From an uncultured Dehalococcoidia bacterium (GTDB lineage: Bacteria > Chloroflexota > Dehalococcoidia > Lucifugimonadales > UBA3495), in NCBI GenBank assembly GCA_964645515.1, contig CAZYBD010000010.1, positions 1 to 26,856 on the forward strand: a stretch of DNA of 26,856 nucleotides, written 5' to 3'. Within the stretch, counting starts at the first letter, position 1. Every line of letters starts with the position of its first letter. The translations under genes and the position numbers were made by a program. The notes beneath the pieces were generated by a model. It was given only the letters and a program-made list of their open reading frames with translations, was not told the origin of the DNA and did no database searches. This document shows, piece after piece, positions 24,186 through 26,856 of the stretch.

Positions 24186-24646
24186 TGTCGGCATTGGAGT
24201 CCCGGGTCGGCTGGGTTTTTGGTACCGGGCTGGGGACTGGTCTGTTTCCGGTGGCCCCGGCGACCTTCGCCGCGTTGGCAGCCATTCTGATCTACGGCTT
24301 CGCACCACTCCCAGAGGACTCCTTTGGTTTCTACCTTCTTATCGGACTGGGCTTTTTCCTAGGCGTCTGGGCTACGGGCACTTTGCTGCAGCCCGATGAC
24401 CTCGACCCCAGCCGAGCCGTGTGGGATGAGTTCATAGGCATGTGGGCGACCTGTTTGCTTTTGCCGAAAACCTTGCCTTGGCTGCTGGCCGCCTTTTTTG
24501 TGTTCCGGGTCCTAGACATAGTGAAGCCTTGGCCGATCCGCAAGTTTGAACGTTTCCCGAGCGGCTGGGGTATTATGGCCGACGACCTAGCAGCAGGCGT
24601 AATGGGAGCGACAGCACTGAATATAATCCACCGAGCGGCGTTTTAA
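24185..24646 (+). CDS. pgpA: Phosphatidylglycerophosphatase A
   Basis: GLGTGLFPVAPATF, VWDEFIGM, FRVLDIVKPWPI and GIMADDLAAG. TAATG overlap with the upstream gene. Confidence 0.92.
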   Translation: MSALESRVGWVFGTGLGTGLFPVAPATFAALAAILIYGFAPLPEDSFGFYLLIGLGFFLGVWATGTLLQPDDLDPSRAVWDEFIGMWATCLLLPKTLPWLLAAFFVFRVLDIVKPWPIRKFERFPSGWGIMADDLAAGVMGATALNIIHRAAF

Positions 24647-24740
24647 CCTGGTGTTTGGAGACTCCGGTGGCATGGGCTGCGACGTACGAGCTCCCTTTGC
24701 TTGCGGTGGTAAAGGATGCGCTGGCTGAACTAGGGCAGCG

Positions 24741-24769
24741 TTGCCCGCCAATTTGGGCTATGTTATACT
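24741..24769 (+). promoter_or_regulatory. Sigma70 promoter of the rpsB-tsf-pyrH operon
   Basis: TTGCCC (24741-24746), 17-nt spacer, extended -10 TGnTATACT (24761-24769). An extended -10 is typical of rpsB promoters. Confidence 0.65.
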
Positions 24770-24864
24770 CGACCGAGCGCCAATTAAGCTCATTGCAGCT
24801 ACGAATCAGCCTAAGCAATGGAGCCTGATGGGGCAAAAACACCGAAATAGAAAGGCGGGTTTGA

Positions 24865-25953
24865 ATGGTAGAGTCGCTAGAGCGACCAACTGGGGAAGAG
24901 ACCACGGAAACGGCGGTGGCGGAACCGCAAGCTGCGGTGGCCTCGCCTCCCGAAGCTAGGCAGGCGCCCCAGCGCGAGCCCATAAACATGAAGGCGCTAC
25001 TGGAGGCGGGTGTCCACTTCGGGCATCAGACGCGGCGGTGGAACCCCACCATGAAGCGTTATATCTTCACCCAACGTAACGGCATCCACATCATCGATCT
25101 TCAGCAGACGCTCGGGATGATTAACGATGCCTATAAAGACATGGTGGAGTTGGTGGCCGGTGGCGGTAAGGTCATGTTCGTCGGCACCAAGCGCCAAGCC
25201 CAAGAAGTCATACAGAGCGAAGCAGAGCGTTGCGGGATGTGGTATGTCAACCAGCGCTGGCTGGGTGGGACCCTTACCAACTTCCAGACCATCCGGACTC
25301 GTATCAACTACATGCTGGAGTTGCAGCAGAAGCGGGACCAAGGCTATTTCCGGCTGCTCCCCAAGAAGGAGGGTGTCAAGCTCCGCGACACACTGAACCG
25401 CCTTGAAAAGTATTTCACCGGCATGCGGGATATGACCGAGCTGCCCAAAGCGATGTTCATAATAGACATCGGTCGGGAGGACATTTGCGTGGCAGAGGCC
25501 CTGCGCCTGGGTATTCCCATATTCGCCATTGTTGATTCCGACTGCGACCCTAACAAAGTACAGCACATTATCCCGGGCAACGATGATGCGGTACGTTCCA
25601 TACGGCTGGTCACCAACCGAATGGCCTCGGCTATTTTGGAGGGACTGGCGCAACGGGAAGCCGTGCTGCAGGCCGAGATGGAAGAAATGCAGGACATCGC
25701 CGCGGAGGTCTACGCCCTATCCGAGAGGGAGGACGCCGCTCTATCCGACGGAGCCGATCTAGATGAGGCTACCATCGTCGACATAGCTGCCAGTTTCGAG
25801 GCAGCGGCGGAAGGTGATGCCGAAGATAAGGGAGATGAGCCTGTGTCCTCGGTCATCTCGAGTCCTTCGGAAGTCCTGGAAAATATGATGGAAAACTTGC
25901 CGGAGATAAGTGATTTTGACGACGACGATGATGATGAGGCGTCGGAAGACTAA
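24865..25953 (+). CDS. rpsB: 30S ribosomal protein S2 with N-terminal and acidic C-terminal extensions
   Basis: [41 protein letters not shown] and [20 protein letters not shown] before the ATG. Confidence 0.98.
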   Translation: MVESLERPTGEETTETAVAEPQAAVASPPEARQAPQREPINMKALLEAGVHFGHQTRRWNPTMKRYIFTQRNGIHIIDLQQTLGMINDAYKDMVELVAGGGKVMFVGTKRQAQEVIQSEAERCGMWYVNQRWLGGTLTNFQTIRTRINYMLELQQKRDQGYFRLLPKKEGVKLRDTLNRLEKYFTGMRDMTELPKAMFIIDIGREDICVAEALRLGIPIFAIVDSDCDPNKVQHIIPGNDDAVRSIRLVTNRMASAILEGLAQREAVLQAEMEEMQDIAAEVYALSEREDAALSDGADLDEATIVDIAASFEAAAEGDAEDKGDEPVSSVISSPSEVLENMMENLPEISDFDDDDDDEASED

Positions 25954-25999
25954 CGCCCCAATCGTCCGTCTCATACTGCGACTTGCAAGGAGTGGCTAG

Positions 26000-26500
26000 T
26001 TGGTCAGCGTTGAACTGATCCGGGCCCTGAGAGACCAGACAGGGGCCGGCGTCATGGAATGTAAAGAGGCCCTGGAGGGGTCCAGGGGAGACCTGGAAAA
26101 GGCAGCGGAGACTCTCAGAGTCAAGGGGCTTGCGGATACCGCAAAGCGCGGGGGCCGGGCTACCAACGAGGGAGTCATAGCAAGTTACATCCACACCGGC
26201 GGCCGCGTGGGCGCCATTGTGGAATTGGGCTGCGAGACCGACTTTGTCGCCCGAACCGAGGAATTCGAACAACTAGCCCATGACATTGCCATGCAGGTGG
26301 CGGCCATGTCTCCTGCTTACTTAGACAAGCAAGACATCACGGATGGCGATGACCGACCACCGTCCCAGATCACTCTCCTGGACCAGCCTTTTATTAAGAA
26401 CAATTCGTCTTCTGTGGGGGAAATGGTTCGGGAATTGGCGGCGAAAGTGGGAGAAAACGTCCGGGTGGTCCGCTTTAATCGGTTGGCAGTTGGCGAGTAA
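26000..26500 (+). CDS. tsf: Elongation factor Ts, short form (166 aa)
   Basis: [60 protein letters not shown] and [11 protein letters not shown]. Confidence 0.96.
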   Translation: MVSVELIRALRDQTGAGVMECKEALEGSRGDLEKAAETLRVKGLADTAKRGGRATNEGVIASYIHTGGRVGAIVELGCETDFVARTEEFEQLAHDIAMQVAAMSPAYLDKQDITDGDDRPPSQITLLDQPFIKNNSSSVGEMVRELAAKVGENVRVVRFNRLAVGE

Positions 26501-26514
26501 AATCGCCATTCAAT

Positions 26515-26856
26515 ATGCCCGACCCTATCACCTCTCATCCAACTCTCCAAGATGAGTCCCCCTATCGCCGCGTAATGCTCAAAATAAGTGGCGAATCCCT
26601 GAAGGGTGTCACCACTTACGGTATTGATGCCGGTGCTGTGAATTACCTGGCCGAGCAGATCGGCGATGCTTCCAAGTTGGGCGTGGAAATTGCTGTCGTT
26701 ATGGGAGGGGGAAACATTTGGCGTGGAGAGTCGGCCGAACAACGCGGAATGGACCGCGCCACCGCCGACTACGCCGGGATGCTGGCCACCATGATTAACG
26801 CTTTGGCCCTACAGGATGCCTTGGAGCAACTCGGCATCGACACCCGGACCCAGAGC
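26515..26856 (+). CDS. pyrH: UMP kinase, 3'-truncated by window edge (not in the supplied ORF track)
   Basis: ATG at 26515 reads [29 protein letters not shown]...[11 protein letters not shown]...[36 protein letters not shown]. Canonical rpsB-tsf-pyrH order. Confidence 0.96.
   Translation, partial: MPDPITSHPTLQDESPYRRVMLKISGESLKGVTTYGIDAGAVNYLAEQIGDASKLGVEIAVVMGGGNIWRGESAEQRGMDRATADYAGMLATMINALALQDALEQLGIDTRTQS

Noticed and set aside
24997-25653. 218-aa minus-strand ORF
   Set aside because: It is antisense to the highly conserved rpsB and has no independent coding signal.
26000-26500. EF-Ts of only 166 aa as a possible truncation or novelty
   Set aside because: Short EF-Ts forms are known in Chloroflexota and other phyla, and the core motifs and operon context are intact.
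1-26856. CRISPR arrays, IS elements, integrase or att site at tRNA-Val
   Set aside because: I saw no spaced direct repeats, no transposase or integrase ORFs, and no duplicated tRNA 3' end.

Overview
Gene-dense bacterial chromosomal window made up mostly of housekeeping genes. It is probably Chloroflexota (Dehalococcoidia/SAR202-like); this is inferred from the short EF-Ts, the TPR-HIRAN protein and the gene set, not from a search. Gene order: glmS (5'-truncated), thrB, aspartokinase, GT2 glycosyltransferase, TPR/HIRAN-like protein, speD-speE, then a minus-strand pair (acs and a 672-aa fusion), MFS transporter, tRNA-Val(GAC), rplS, priA, def, tRNA nucleotidyltransferase-HD, secD (broken by an in-frame TAA), secF, nfo, zincin, pgpA, rpsB, tsf and pyrH (3'-truncated). 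No mobile element or CRISPR array was seen. The main find is the 672-aa protein downstream of acs, which joins a non-canonical DapA-family Schiff-base aldolase, an MfnB-like furan (4-HFC-P) synthase and a TusA-like Cys domain in one chain, with no other methanofuran genes nearby. It may make an undescribed furan metabolite or cofactor. Other points of interest are an ACL5/thermospermine-synthase-like SpeE, a SecD with two extra SecF-like periplasmic modules and a nonsense codon, a probable CC-adding enzyme, and long acidic tails on several translation proteins. All family assignments come from recalled motifs; no database search was run.
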